A stretch of DNA of 41,371 nt from a virus (taxonomy: Duplodnaviria; Caudoviricetes): positions 1 through 41,371 of the IMG/VR virus record IMGVR_UViG_3300049144_000050; one strand, given 5' to 3'. Under the pieces are notes generated by a model that saw only the letters and a program-made list of their open reading frames with translations, searched no databases and was not told where the DNA came from. A program made the translations under genes and the position numbers. This document shows positions 1-7,908 of this stretch, one piece after another. Position 1 is the stretch's first letter. Each line of letters starts with the position of its first letter.

Positions 1-58
1 CCGATGGACGGTGTCGCGCACGACCAGCAACCGCACCCCAACCCGAGAGGAGCCCGTC

Positions 59-199
59 ATGGGCGCGAAGAAGAACGACCTGTCCAGCAAGGAGAACGTG
101 GCGAAGGGCCAGAAGGTCTACGACCAGATCGTGGCCGGCAAGGTCCGGGACGTGAACACCACGCTCGACGCCACCTACGGCCGCAAGCGGAAGGGCTGA
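59..199 (+). CDS. Small basic hypothetical protein (46 aa)
   Basis: GAGGAG RBS before ATG59; MGAKKNDLSS...RKRKG; start of a tightly coupled gene string. Confidence 0.7.
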   Translation: MGAKKNDLSSKENVAKGQKVYDQIVAGKVRDVNTTLDATYGRKRKG

Positions 200-201
200 C
201 C

Positions 202-369
202 GTGGCGAAGCAGGCGCAGATCACCCACATCCAGACCGGTGCCGAACGCGCCCAGGGCCAGTCGGGTCAGCCGCATAACCAGTGGCTTGCCGACGCGCAG
301 CAGCGGGCCGCGGACCGCATCGCCCGGCTGACCGAGCAGTTCAAGGCCGAGAACGCGGGAGGCCGCTGA
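202..369 (+). CDS. Hypothetical protein (55 aa)
   Basis: GTG202 two nt after the previous stop; its TGA overlaps the next ATG (TGATG). Confidence 0.65.
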   Translation: MAKQAQITHIQTGAERAQGQSGQPHNQWLADAQQRAADRIARLTEQFKAENAGGR

Positions 370-512
370 TGGCCCGCAAGGAGTGTGCGCAGTGCGTGGA
401 GCACGCCCGTCTCCACTCCGGCAACTGGCTGGGGATCGGCCGGGATAACGATCCGTGCCCGCCGTGCGAGGACCACGCGACGAACGGATGCCCCGGCATT
501 AATCGTCGCTGA
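369..512 (+). CDS. pRL2-8-like small Cys/His metal-binding protein
   Basis: ECAQCVEHA...CPPCEDH..NG pattern (two CxxC..H units) recalls pRL2-8 family proteins of Streptomyces mobile elements. Confidence 0.65.
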   Translation: MARKECAQCVEHARLHSGNWLGIGRDNDPCPPCEDHATNGCPGINRR

Positions 513-524
513 CCGGCTGTCCGC

Positions 525-549
525 GTCGCCCGGCCCACCGCCGGGCGAC
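525..549 (+). terminator. Intergenic GC hairpin (terminator or RNA-processing element)
   Basis: GTCGCCCGGC-ccacc-GCCGGGCGAC perfect 10-bp stem; no U-tract. Confidence 0.4.
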
Positions 550-608
550 AAGGAGAACTGGCGCAGTACCACCCCCACCCCGTCCAGATCTGACCTTGAG
601 AGGTCGTC

Positions 609-803
609 ATGCTCCGCTTCATTGCCTGGTCACTGCTCGCGATGTTCCTGATCGTCGTTGGCCTGTGGCCTGCCGCTGCTGCTCCGGTGGGCCTGGCGTT
701 CGCCGGCCTCGCCGTGATCGTCGCCGCGATCCCCGGACCCGTGTGGCTGGTGGTTGCCGGCGCCGTCTGGCTGAAGCACCGGCCCGCGCCCGCCACCGCC
801 TAA
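609..803 (+). CDS. Small integral membrane protein, Spd-like (64 aa)
   Basis: GAGAGG RBS; almost entirely hydrophobic; lies in the transfer cluster. Confidence 0.75.
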   Translation: MLRFIAWSLLAMFLIVVGLWPAAAAPVGLAFAGLAVIVAAIPGPVWLVVAGAVWLKHRPAPATA

Positions 804-813
804 GGAGTCGATC

Positions 814-1338
814 ATGTTCGCTACCGCCCACCGCGTCGGTCGCCAGCACGCGGCCACGATCGACCGGGTGAACGCCGCCACTGAGGCCGCCACTCGCATC
901 GTCGAGGACAAGATGCGCGGCCGTGTTGGCGCCGTTGAGATCGCCGTGTCCACCAGCACCGGCATGTGGGAGCTGGTCGCTGAGGCACACCGGCCGATGT
1001 TCGGCCGGCAGGACCCGAAGGTGTGGCAGCACGACGCCAACGCGTTCGGCACCACCACGATCACCAAGTCCGGCGTGCTGGTCGTCATCAACGCCCAGGC
1101 GTGCAAGGGCCGGACGGTGGAGGTCGACAAGACCCTGCTGCACGAGCTGACGCACGCCCTGCAGTTCAACCGGCCCGGCGCCCGCGACCTGATCGTGCGG
1201 AGTATCGCCAACAACTACGGCATCGAGCCCATGACCAGCCGTGAGGCCAAGGCCGCGAACCGGCGCGTCGACGCCGACGAGCGTGAGGCCGCCCGCATGG
1301 AACGCCACCACCGCCTGCTCGCCAAGAGCATCGCCTGA
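814..1338 (+). CDS. Putative zinc metallopeptidase (HExxH)
   Basis: AAGGAG RBS; TLLHELTHALQ motif with a downstream E (DEREA) as candidate third ligand. Confidence 0.7.
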   Translation: MFATAHRVGRQHAATIDRVNAATEAATRIVEDKMRGRVGAVEIAVSTSTGMWELVAEAHRPMFGRQDPKVWQHDANAFGTTTITKSGVLVVINAQACKGRTVEVDKTLLHELTHALQFNRPGARDLIVRSIANNYGIEPMTSREAKAANRRVDADEREAARMERHHRLLAKSIA

Positions 1339-1361
1339 ACCCGGAAAGGACACCGATCGCC

Positions 1362-2501
1362 GTGAGCAGCTGGCATGAAGAGCGTCGGCGCAACCTCGCA
1401 GCCGAGGCCAACGAGCGCCGGAAGGCCAAGGCGTTCGACGCCGAGCTGCGTCGCGACGAACGCCGCAAGGACCGCGAGGAAGCCCGCGAGGTCAAGGCGC
1501 AGAAGCGCCGCGACCGCACCGCCCGCCGCCAGGCCCGCGCCGCCCGTCGGGAGAAGACCCTCACCCCCGGCAACGTGTACCGCAAGGGCACACTCGTTCT
1601 CGTCGGGCTGTCCGCGCTGGCCTCCCTGCCCGCACAGATCATCCACTTCGTCACGATCCACTGGATGCTGTTCCCCATCGGGCCTGCCCTCGAAGGTGCA
1701 GCGTGGGTAATGGCGGCCGGCGTCGCCTACGCCGATGAGAAGAAGCTTCCGGTCTGGGTGCGCTGGCTACTCCGGGTCCTCTCCATGGGGGCCGCCGGAT
1801 ACGCCGCCAACATCAACCTCGGCTACGGGCGCAGCCTCGTGGACCACGGCCTCAGCGCTGCAGACGCCGCCGCTGTCGGCTGGGGGCTTGCCGCGGTCAC
1901 GATGCTCGGCCCCCTGTTCTTCGAAGTCCGCCAGTGGGTGCTCACCCTCACGGCTGCGGCGACCGACCCGAAGAAGCGGGCCGAGGAGAAGGCGCGCACC
2001 AAGCACGAAAAGCGGCGCCGGAAGGATCACAAGGACGTCGTCAAGCTCGCCCGGAAGCTGGTATCCGCCGCCCCCTACGGTGCGCTCGTCTTCGAGGAGG
2101 CGTTCGCGTCGGCGTGGGAGATCAAGTACGGCACCCGCACCCCCGGCATGACCCCCGTCCTGCACGCTCAGGCGCACGCCTCGCGGAAGGCTCTCGCCGA
2201 CGCCTTCGATGCTGCGAACGGGTCCCCGATAAGCACTCGAAGCCGCCTCCTGGAACTGCTCCACCCCGCTCCTGTACGCCGGTTCACGACGCCTGGATCT
2301 TCGCAGGTCGCGTCCGATCTACCCCCCGCCTCCAAGGGGCCCCAGAAGACGGCTCAGAAGAGTGGCCGTAAGACGCCTCCACCGCACCGCCGCACCAAGG
2401 GCGACGCGGAGCCGTTCCACCCCATCGCCAAGAACGAAGCCGCCATTGAGCGCGGCGGCTCCCCCCGCCGGATCCCTGCCGCCAACGGCCACCACCACTG
2501 A
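1362..2501 (+). CDS. DUF2637/SpdB-like membrane spread/transfer protein
   Basis: Charged N-terminal coiled coil, about 4 TM helices (GTLVLVGLSALASLPAQ...), basic low-complexity tail; directly upstream of traB. Confidence 0.7.
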   Translation: MSSWHEERRRNLAAEANERRKAKAFDAELRRDERRKDREEAREVKAQKRRDRTARRQARAARREKTLTPGNVYRKGTLVLVGLSALASLPAQIIHFVTIHWMLFPIGPALEGAAWVMAAGVAYADEKKLPVWVRWLLRVLSMGAAGYAANINLGYGRSLVDHGLSAADAAAVGWGLAAVTMLGPLFFEVRQWVLTLTAAATDPKKRAEEKARTKHEKRRRKDHKDVVKLARKLVSAAPYGALVFEEAFASAWEIKYGTRTPGMTPVLHAQAHASRKALADAFDAANGSPISTRSRLLELLHPAPVRRFTTPGSSQVASDLPPASKGPQKTAQKSGRKTPPPHRRTKGDAEPFHPIAKNEAAIERGGSPRRIPAANGHHH

Positions 2502-2509
2502 GGAGCATC

Positions 2510-4570
2510 ATGGCCACCCCGACCACCGCCCAGCAGCCTGTGGCGGCAGCCGAGCCGGAGACGCCCGTCCGCGTCGTTGAGACGGTCGTCGACAAGCGGC
2601 CCGCGACCGAGCCGCGGCACCTTCCCGCCTGGATCCACTCCAAGGCCGCCCTCGTCCGCCGGACCGCCCACACAGTTGGCCACCACCCGACCGTCGTGTG
2701 GATCGGCTGGTCGGCGCGCGGCTGGTGGCACATCACCCGCATCGAGCGGGACAAGCTGCGTGGCGACTACCCGCAGATGATCCGCACCGCCCGCCGCCAC
2801 CTCGCTGCGGCCGAGGGCGACATGGCCAAGGAGTCGCAGGCGAACGCTGTCCTGCAGCGCCGCACCCAGGAGTACAAGGACCGCAAGCGCAAGTATTTGA
2901 TCACTCGCGGCGTCGTCGCAGCCCCCACTCTCGGTGCTGGCGTGTACGGGGTGGTCGAGTGCGGGCTGTGGATCAGCGTCCTGTATGCGATGGCCGCCGT
3001 CACCGTTGGTGTGCTGAAGGGCCGGCCCCGCAGCGTCGACCCCGGCAAGGTCGAGATTCTCGCCGAGGACGGCGATCCGTTCCCGATCGCCGACGCCCGC
3101 AACCGGACCGAAGCCGCCGAATGTGTGCGCCGCGCGCTGGCCTCCGAAGGCATCCAGGTGAAGGAGGTGGAGGCCAACAGGCGCTACGAGTGGGGATGGG
3201 AGGTCACCGTCCGCCTCGCCAAGGGCAAGCCGGCCGACATCGTCACCAAGGCCGCCGACCTGGAAACCCCCCTCGACCTGCCCGAGAACGGCCTGCTGCC
3301 GCAGCCCGTGCGGGAGTCCCGCGGCCGGGTCATCCTCCGCCTCGTCCAGTCCGACCCGTTCGCGAAGATGCCGAGCGCCCCGGAGCGGAAGCCCAACAGT
3401 CGCCGCATGCGCGACAAGCAGGTTCTTGCCCACCGCATGGACGGTAAGACGTTCGAGGCGTCCCTGCTTGGCGTGCACGCCATCGTCGTCGCCTCGTCGG
3501 GCGGTGGAAAGTCCGTCATCCTTCGGTCGATGGCCGATGCCCTGACTGCCTGCTCCGATGTGCTCGTCGGTGACCTCGACCCGGGCGGCAACGGTCTCGA
3601 ACCGCTCGCCGAAGCCCTCGGCGTGCGGGCGATCGGCGACGACAACATGGGGCAGATCGAGGCGATCCTCGACCAGGCAGTGCGGATCGCGAAGGCCCGG
3701 CCGACGCTGTTCTCCAAGCTCGGCATGAAGGCGAACTGGGAGCCGTCTCCGGGGCGGCCGGCAATCGTCCTGTTCATCGATGAGTACCCCCAGCTCTCCG
3801 ACCGGGCCAAGGAACTCGCCGTGAAGATCCTGCAGGTGGGCCGCAAGTCCCGCGTGCAGCTGGTGCTCGCGGCGCAGGAAGCTACGAAGGACTCGATCGG
3901 CAAGGCCATCGCCGACTCGATCGCCCTGCGGATCGTCGGCCCCTGCCGGCACCAGGACATCGTCCAGGTCTTCGGGGCGGGCGCGGGCGCAGAAGGATGG
4001 CGGCCTGACCGCCTCGACCCGGCGGAGGGCAACGCCGTGGGAGACGACCTGCGCGACGCCTCCCAGGCGTACATCCGTGGTGGCGGCTCTCGCGAACCGC
4101 TGAAGCACAAGTTCCTGTTCCTGGACGAGCAGGACGGTATGCGGCGCGCCCGCGAGCGCGCTGCGGCCGGCCGCCCCACGGTCGACGCTGAATCGCTGGC
4201 CGCCGCGGGCCTGGACCACTTTGGCGCCACCGAGGCGGACCGGCTCCGCTCTGACCTGCCGCCGGTCGTGATGATGACGCGCGGCGCGTTCGCCGCGGCG
4301 GACGACCCCGAGTTCCTGCCGACGTCGGAGATCCTCGACTACCTGGCCGCGCACGCCCCGGAGGCGTGGGCGCCGGAACTGCTCGGCGATGACGAGGCCA
4401 AGGCTCGACTGGCAGGTGCAAAGCGGATAGCTGCGGAGCTGAAGCGGGCTGTCGACGATCTCGGCCTCGCGGTCAGCACTTCGCCCGTGCAGGTGACCGG
4501 CGGGGCGCGCGGCTACCGCCTGGAGACGATCAAGCAGATCACTGGCGAGAGCCTCGCCGAGGCCGCCTGA
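2510..4570 (+). CDS. traB: TraB-type FtsK/SpoIIIE conjugative DNA translocase
   Basis: N-terminal TM hairpin, Walker A ASSGGGKS, Walker B IVLFIDEY, GRKSRVQLVLAAQ motif, C-terminal winged-helix-like end (GARGYRLETI); GAGGAG RBS. Confidence 0.9.
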   Translation: MATPTTAQQPVAAAEPETPVRVVETVVDKRPATEPRHLPAWIHSKAALVRRTAHTVGHHPTVVWIGWSARGWWHITRIERDKLRGDYPQMIRTARRHLAAAEGDMAKESQANAVLQRRTQEYKDRKRKYLITRGVVAAPTLGAGVYGVVECGLWISVLYAMAAVTVGVLKGRPRSVDPGKVEILAEDGDPFPIADARNRTEAAECVRRALASEGIQVKEVEANRRYEWGWEVTVRLAKGKPADIVTKAADLETPLDLPENGLLPQPVRESRGRVILRLVQSDPFAKMPSAPERKPNSRRMRDKQVLAHRMDGKTFEASLLGVHAIVVASSGGGKSVILRSMADALTACSDVLVGDLDPGGNGLEPLAEALGVRAIGDDNMGQIEAILDQAVRIAKARPTLFSKLGMKANWEPSPGRPAIVLFIDEYPQLSDRAKELAVKILQVGRKSRVQLVLAAQEATKDSIGKAIADSIALRIVGPCRHQDIVQVFGAGAGAEGWRPDRLDPAEGNAVGDDLRDASQAYIRGGGSREPLKHKFLFLDEQDGMRRARERAAAGRPTVDAESLAAAGLDHFGATEADRLRSDLPPVVMMTRGAFAAADDPEFLPTSEILDYLAAHAPEAWAPELLGDDEAKARLAGAKRIAAELKRAVDDLGLAVSTSPVQVTGGARGYRLETIKQITGESLAEAA

Positions 4571-4574
4571 ACGT

Positions 4575-4729
4575 CCGTGACGCCACCGTGACGCCGCAGC
4601 TCAGGACCGTGACGTCCACCGTGACGACCCGTGATTCGGGGCCCGCAGCCGTTACGGCGTCACGGATCATCACGGTGCCTATCACGGCCCTGACCTGCAC
4701 TGTCACAGACCATCACGGTTCCCGTAACG
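4575..4729. repeat. Candidate clt (cis-acting locus of transfer): 8-bp TRS repeat cluster
   Basis: CCGTGACG at 4575, 4586, 4607, 4619; variants CCGTGATT 4629, CCGTTACG 4649, CCGTAACG 4722; inverted copies CGTCACGG 4658, CATCACGG 4668, TATCACGG 4680, TGTCACAG 4701, CATCACGG 4711; non-coding gap right after the traB stop. Confidence 0.85.
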
Positions 4730-4754
4730 GTCGGAATGCGAAGGAGATCCCGAA

Positions 4755-5402
4755 ATGGCCATCGAGTTGAAGATCCAGCAGATGACGCTCGACGGACTGC
4801 CCTACACGTGCCCCGAGTGCGGCATCGGCAGCTTCACCCTCGACGGCCGCGGCCTCATCGACGCCATCGCATCCGTCTGGGGGAACTGCGTCAACTCCCA
4901 CAGCTGGGAGGAACAGCTGCTCACCATCGACGACCTGGCCGCGATCGACGCCGCCCGCACCGGCCGGGAGCGCGCCGAGGACGAGGACACGTTCGAGATC
5001 GCCATCGGCGGTGCCGTCCTCGCCGGAACCCTCCACCCTGAGCTGACCGTCGACGAGATCAAGCGGGCGGTCCGCGACGTGTACTGGAAGCGGATCATCA
5101 AGCCCGCCCTGCGCCGTAAGAAGCGGGCCGCCGTCCGCGCCGTGAAGCGGCCGATCAAGACCGCGAAGGCCGCCGTCACCGGAGCGGCCTCCAACGGCGT
5201 CGCCGCAGCCAAAGCCGGAGCACTCGAAGCCGCCTGGACCGCGCAAGCCGGCGGTTACCAGGCCGACCCCGACTACACGCCCGAACCCGTCAACCCATGC
5301 CCCGCCTGCAACGGCAAGGGCGGCCACAAGATCGAGTCCCGCGTGCACGACACCACCCGCGTCCGCTGCTCCGTGTGCCACGGCACCGGCGAAATCGACT
5401 AG
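4755..5402 (+). CDS. Double zinc-finger protein (N-terminal CPEC...CxxxH; C-terminal DnaJ-type CxxCxGxG pair)
   Basis: AAGGAG RBS; CPECG, CVNSH, CPACNGKG and CSVCHGTG motifs; basic central segment. Confidence 0.8.
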   Translation: MAIELKIQQMTLDGLPYTCPECGIGSFTLDGRGLIDAIASVWGNCVNSHSWEEQLLTIDDLAAIDAARTGRERAEDEDTFEIAIGGAVLAGTLHPELTVDEIKRAVRDVYWKRIIKPALRRKKRAAVRAVKRPIKTAKAAVTGAASNGVAAAKAGALEAAWTAQAGGYQADPDYTPEPVNPCPACNGKGGHKIESRVHDTTRVRCSVCHGTGEID

Positions 5403-5414
5403 GAGAACCCGACC

Positions 5415-5876
5415 ATGTCCGTCCTGCCCGAGCCGACGCCCACCGCCCCCGCGGCCGGGCAGGCCACCAACCCGCTTAGCGACGCCGTCATCAGTGCCGC
5501 CGTCGACAACGCCATCCACGAGTCGCGTCGCCGCAGCACCAGCCCGCCCGCGCGGAAGCCGGACCGACCGGCGATGACGCCTCAGGCGACCGGCGCGAGC
5601 GTCATGATGATCGCGGGCGGCTTCCTCAGCCTTTGCCTCGGCACCGCCGTCTCCGCCGTTCTTCACTTCTCACACGGCGCCAACGAGACCGTCGTCATCA
5701 CCCTCTGCGCCGCGCCACCCGCCGCCTTCATCTCTCTCGGTGCCCTCTTCAAGAAGGTCAAGCAGGCCGCCCCAGACGAGATCCACAACCACTACAACGG
5801 CACCGTCCACCAGTACCAGCGCAACGTCCGCACGTCGACCCGCGGCGTGTGGGCCAAAACCAACAACCAGCAGTAG
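5415..5876 (+). CDS. SpdD/DUF6251-like two-TM spread protein
   Basis: Pro-rich N-terminus, two hydrophobic helices, C-terminal IHNHYNGTVHQ...TSTRGVWAKT as in Streptomyces mobile-element spread proteins. Confidence 0.65.
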   Translation: MSVLPEPTPTAPAAGQATNPLSDAVISAAVDNAIHESRRRSTSPPARKPDRPAMTPQATGASVMMIAGGFLSLCLGTAVSAVLHFSHGANETVVITLCAAPPAAFISLGALFKKVKQAAPDEIHNHYNGTVHQYQRNVRTSTRGVWAKTNNQQ

Positions 5877-5885
5877 GAGACCGCC

Positions 5886-6113
5886 ATGACCACGATCACC
5901 CTGACCCGCAAAGACCTTCGCGAGACCGCGATCGACAGCCTCGTCGAGTCCATGCGACGCGAGCGTGCCGGAGAGGACGTCGGCAGCCACTACCGCGCCG
6001 TCGTCGAGCCCGCCGTCGACGCCGCCCTCGCCGCCGGATGGACCGGGCAGGACATCCACGGCGGCGCCGACCGACGCTACGGGCAGTGGCTCATCGACCA
6101 GGCCGCGGCGTGA
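5886..6113 (+). CDS. Hypothetical protein (75 aa)
   Basis: AGGAG RBS; coupled to the next gene by GTGA overlap. Confidence 0.75.
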   Translation: MTTITLTRKDLRETAIDSLVESMRRERAGEDVGSHYRAVVEPAVDAALAAGWTGQDIHGGADRRYGQWLIDQAAA

Positions 6114-6379
6114 CAGCCAACAGCGACCACCAGCCCGTCCCTGCCTGGTGGCCTGCCGTGTATCGCGGTACGGCAGCCCGCCGCTCTTTCGCCGGCCTGC
6201 TCCTCGACTACGCCGCCCCGGCCGTCGTCGACGGCGTGCTGCGGCTCGTGTTCGCTCGCCCGGATGTTGCTGCGGCGTGGCGGGCCAGTGGGTCGCAGGC
6301 CGCCCTCGAAGGAGCCCTCGCTCACCTTGGGCACCACATGACCATCGACGTCCGTACCCTCACAACACAGGAGGCCTAG
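6110..6379 (+). CDS. Hypothetical protein (89 aa), possibly resembling the DnaX C-terminal/DnaA_N-type domain
   Basis: GTG overlaps previous TGA; VVDGVLRLVFARPDVAAAW...ALEGALAHLG pattern. Confidence 0.6.
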   Translation: MTANSDHQPVPAWWPAVYRGTAARRSFAGLLLDYAAPAVVDGVLRLVFARPDVAAAWRASGSQAALEGALAHLGHHMTIDVRTLTTQEA

Positions 6380-6381
6380 CC

Positions 6382-6651
6382 ATGGGATACGCGCTCTACG
6401 AGATCACCCGCAACGGCGAGACCATCGAAGCCGGATACACCGTTGAGACCGTCTGCGAGGAAGACGGCTGCACCGGGCAGATCGACCGCGGCCTCGCCCA
6501 CCTCTGCGGCGCTCAACCCGGCGGCGATGAGTACGGCTGCGGCGGCTACTTCTGCGGCCACCACCTCTACGGCGGTATCGGCCCCGCTCAAGGGCTCTGC
6601 AAGCGCTGCTCCAAGCGCTGGGAGGGGCAGGAGGAAACGGCATCGGCCTGA
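6382..6651 (+). CDS. Cys-rich zinc-binding hypothetical protein (89 aa)
   Basis: AGGAGG RBS; CEEDGC, LCG, GCGGYFCGHH, CKRC. Confidence 0.8.
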   Translation: MGYALYEITRNGETIEAGYTVETVCEEDGCTGQIDRGLAHLCGAQPGGDEYGCGGYFCGHHLYGGIGPAQGLCKRCSKRWEGQEETASA

Positions 6652-6664
6652 TCACAGCACTTGC

Positions 6665-6694
6665 TTGACCGCGACGATCACCGTATGTCACAGT
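6665..6694 (+). promoter_or_regulatory. Putative promoter for the late/packaging block
   Basis: TTGACC-N18-CACAGT in the intergenic gap. Confidence 0.45.
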
Positions 6695-6730
6695 GCCCCC
6701 AGGGCAGGACACATGTGCCCGCAAGCCTCT

Positions 6731-6756
6731 AGGCCCCCAGCTACTGCCGGGGGCCT
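6731..6756 (+). terminator. Leader hairpin (possible attenuator)
   Basis: AGGCCCCC...GGGGGCCT stem followed by TCTG, downstream of the putative promoter. Confidence 0.45.
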
Positions 6757-6779
6757 TCTGCATGCCCGGGGGTGGCGCG

Positions 6780-7022
6780 ATGCATCCGACCGAGCTGTAC
6801 CCCGACGACCTCGTCTACGAGCACGAAGCGACCGAAGCGACTGGCATCCCCGGTCCGGTCATACGGCAGTGGGCGCGGCGCGGGAAAATCCAGCGCTTCC
6901 AGGGCAACGGCCAGTTGACCGGGCAGGGACACGAGTACAAGACCATGTACGCCCTTCCCGAGATCCGTGAATGCGCCCGCACCTACCGGCCCATGCCGCA
7001 GCGCGCACCACGCGCCGCCTAG
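6780..7022 (+). CDS. MerR/Xis-like HTH DNA-binding protein (80 aa)
   Basis: EATEATGIPGPVIRQWARRGKI HTH plus wing (TMYALPEI). Confidence 0.75.
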   Translation: MHPTELYPDDLVYEHEATEATGIPGPVIRQWARRGKIQRFQGNGQLTGQGHEYKTMYALPEIRECARTYRPMPQRAPRAA

Positions 7023-7254
7023 TCTCGGGGCGCCGGTCCGCACCCCGAAGTCCCGCCGTCCGTAACGCCCCCCCGTCACGGATGGCGGGACAGCCAAACG
7101 TCCGCCGCTTGGCCATGGGGCAGGGCGAGGCCCCACGGAACACGGGCCGCAACCAGGCGGCGGACCTGTACGTCACAACACGGCCACAGCGCCACCACGC
7201 TGCCCACATATGCCGCATGATGCCCCCTCAGCACAGAACGTCCTTGGGGGGACC

Positions 7255-7605
7255 ATGCACGCCCGCACAACTGCCGCCGCTGCCCTACTCGCCCTCGCCG
7301 CCCTCACGGCCGGCTGCAGTAGCAGCGACGGCAGTGACGACAAGCCAGCCGCGCCGACAGCCACCGTCACCAGAACCGTTGACCCGGCCGCCGCCCGCAC
7401 AGCGTGCGTGGACGCCTGGGCCGACGTGATCCGGCAGAAGAGCGATGTCGGCATGGAAGACGAGCCCGGCGCCTGCGACGACCTCCCCGAAGACGACCGA
7501 CTCGACCGTTACATGGAAGGCCTTCAGCAGGTAAACAAGGCCAACCGCGACCAGATCGCCGAGTGCGTCGACGACCCCAGCTGTACCAGCGTCCCCATTC
7601 CGTAG
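7255..7605 (+). CDS. Lipoprotein
   Basis: Signal peptide with lipobox LTAG-C; Ser/Thr/Pro linker; acidic domain with 4 Cys. Confidence 0.8.
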   Translation: MHARTTAAAALLALAALTAGCSSSDGSDDKPAAPTATVTRTVDPAAARTACVDAWADVIRQKSDVGMEDEPGACDDLPEDDRLDRYMEGLQQVNKANRDQIAECVDDPSCTSVPIP

Positions 7606-7622
7606 CGCAGGAGGTGGCGCCC

Positions 7623-7904
7623 GTGGCTGGCAACCCCCGCAACGGGCGCCCCTACCGCCGCCTCGTCGACTGGCTCCGCTCCCAGCAGCTGCCGTGCTGG
7701 CTGTGCGGCCACAACATTGGGTACGAGCTTGATGCCCGGCATCCGCTGTCGTTCACCCTCGACCACGAGGTGCCGCTGTCGAAGGGCGGGAACCTGCTCG
7801 ACCCTGCCAACGCGCGGGCTGCGCACCGGCGGTGCAACAGCAGTCGCGGTAACCGCACCACGTCGCCCAAGGCGGCGCCACAGCGAGCGTCACGGAGGTG
7901 GTGA
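7623..7904 (+). CDS. HNH endonuclease (packaging-associated, HK97 gp74-like)
   Basis: AGGAGG RBS; CWLCG...TLDHEVPLSKGG...N...AHRRCNSSRG. Confidence 0.9.
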   Translation: MAGNPRNGRPYRRLVDWLRSQQLPCWLCGHNIGYELDARHPLSFTLDHEVPLSKGGNLLDPANARAAHRRCNSSRGNRTTSPKAAPQRASRRW

Positions 7905-7908
7905 CAGC

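Noticed and set aside
2354-4354. Long antisense ORFs (666 aa here; also 12478-13881, 23895-25910, 40063-41355)
   Set aside because: Shadow frames of high-GC genes; the opposite strand carries recognisable motifs and RBSs.
2510-4570. FtsK-like ATPase as the genome-packaging motor
   Set aside because: A canonical terminase and portal are present, and the TM anchor, winged-helix end and adjacent repeats fit TraB.
4575-4729. Repeat cluster as a CRISPR array or as the 60-aa ORF 4588-4770
   Set aside because: Repeats are 8 bp with 2-13 bp gaps and switch orientation; there are no cas genes; the ORF is low-complexity Thr/Val translation of the repeats with no RBS.
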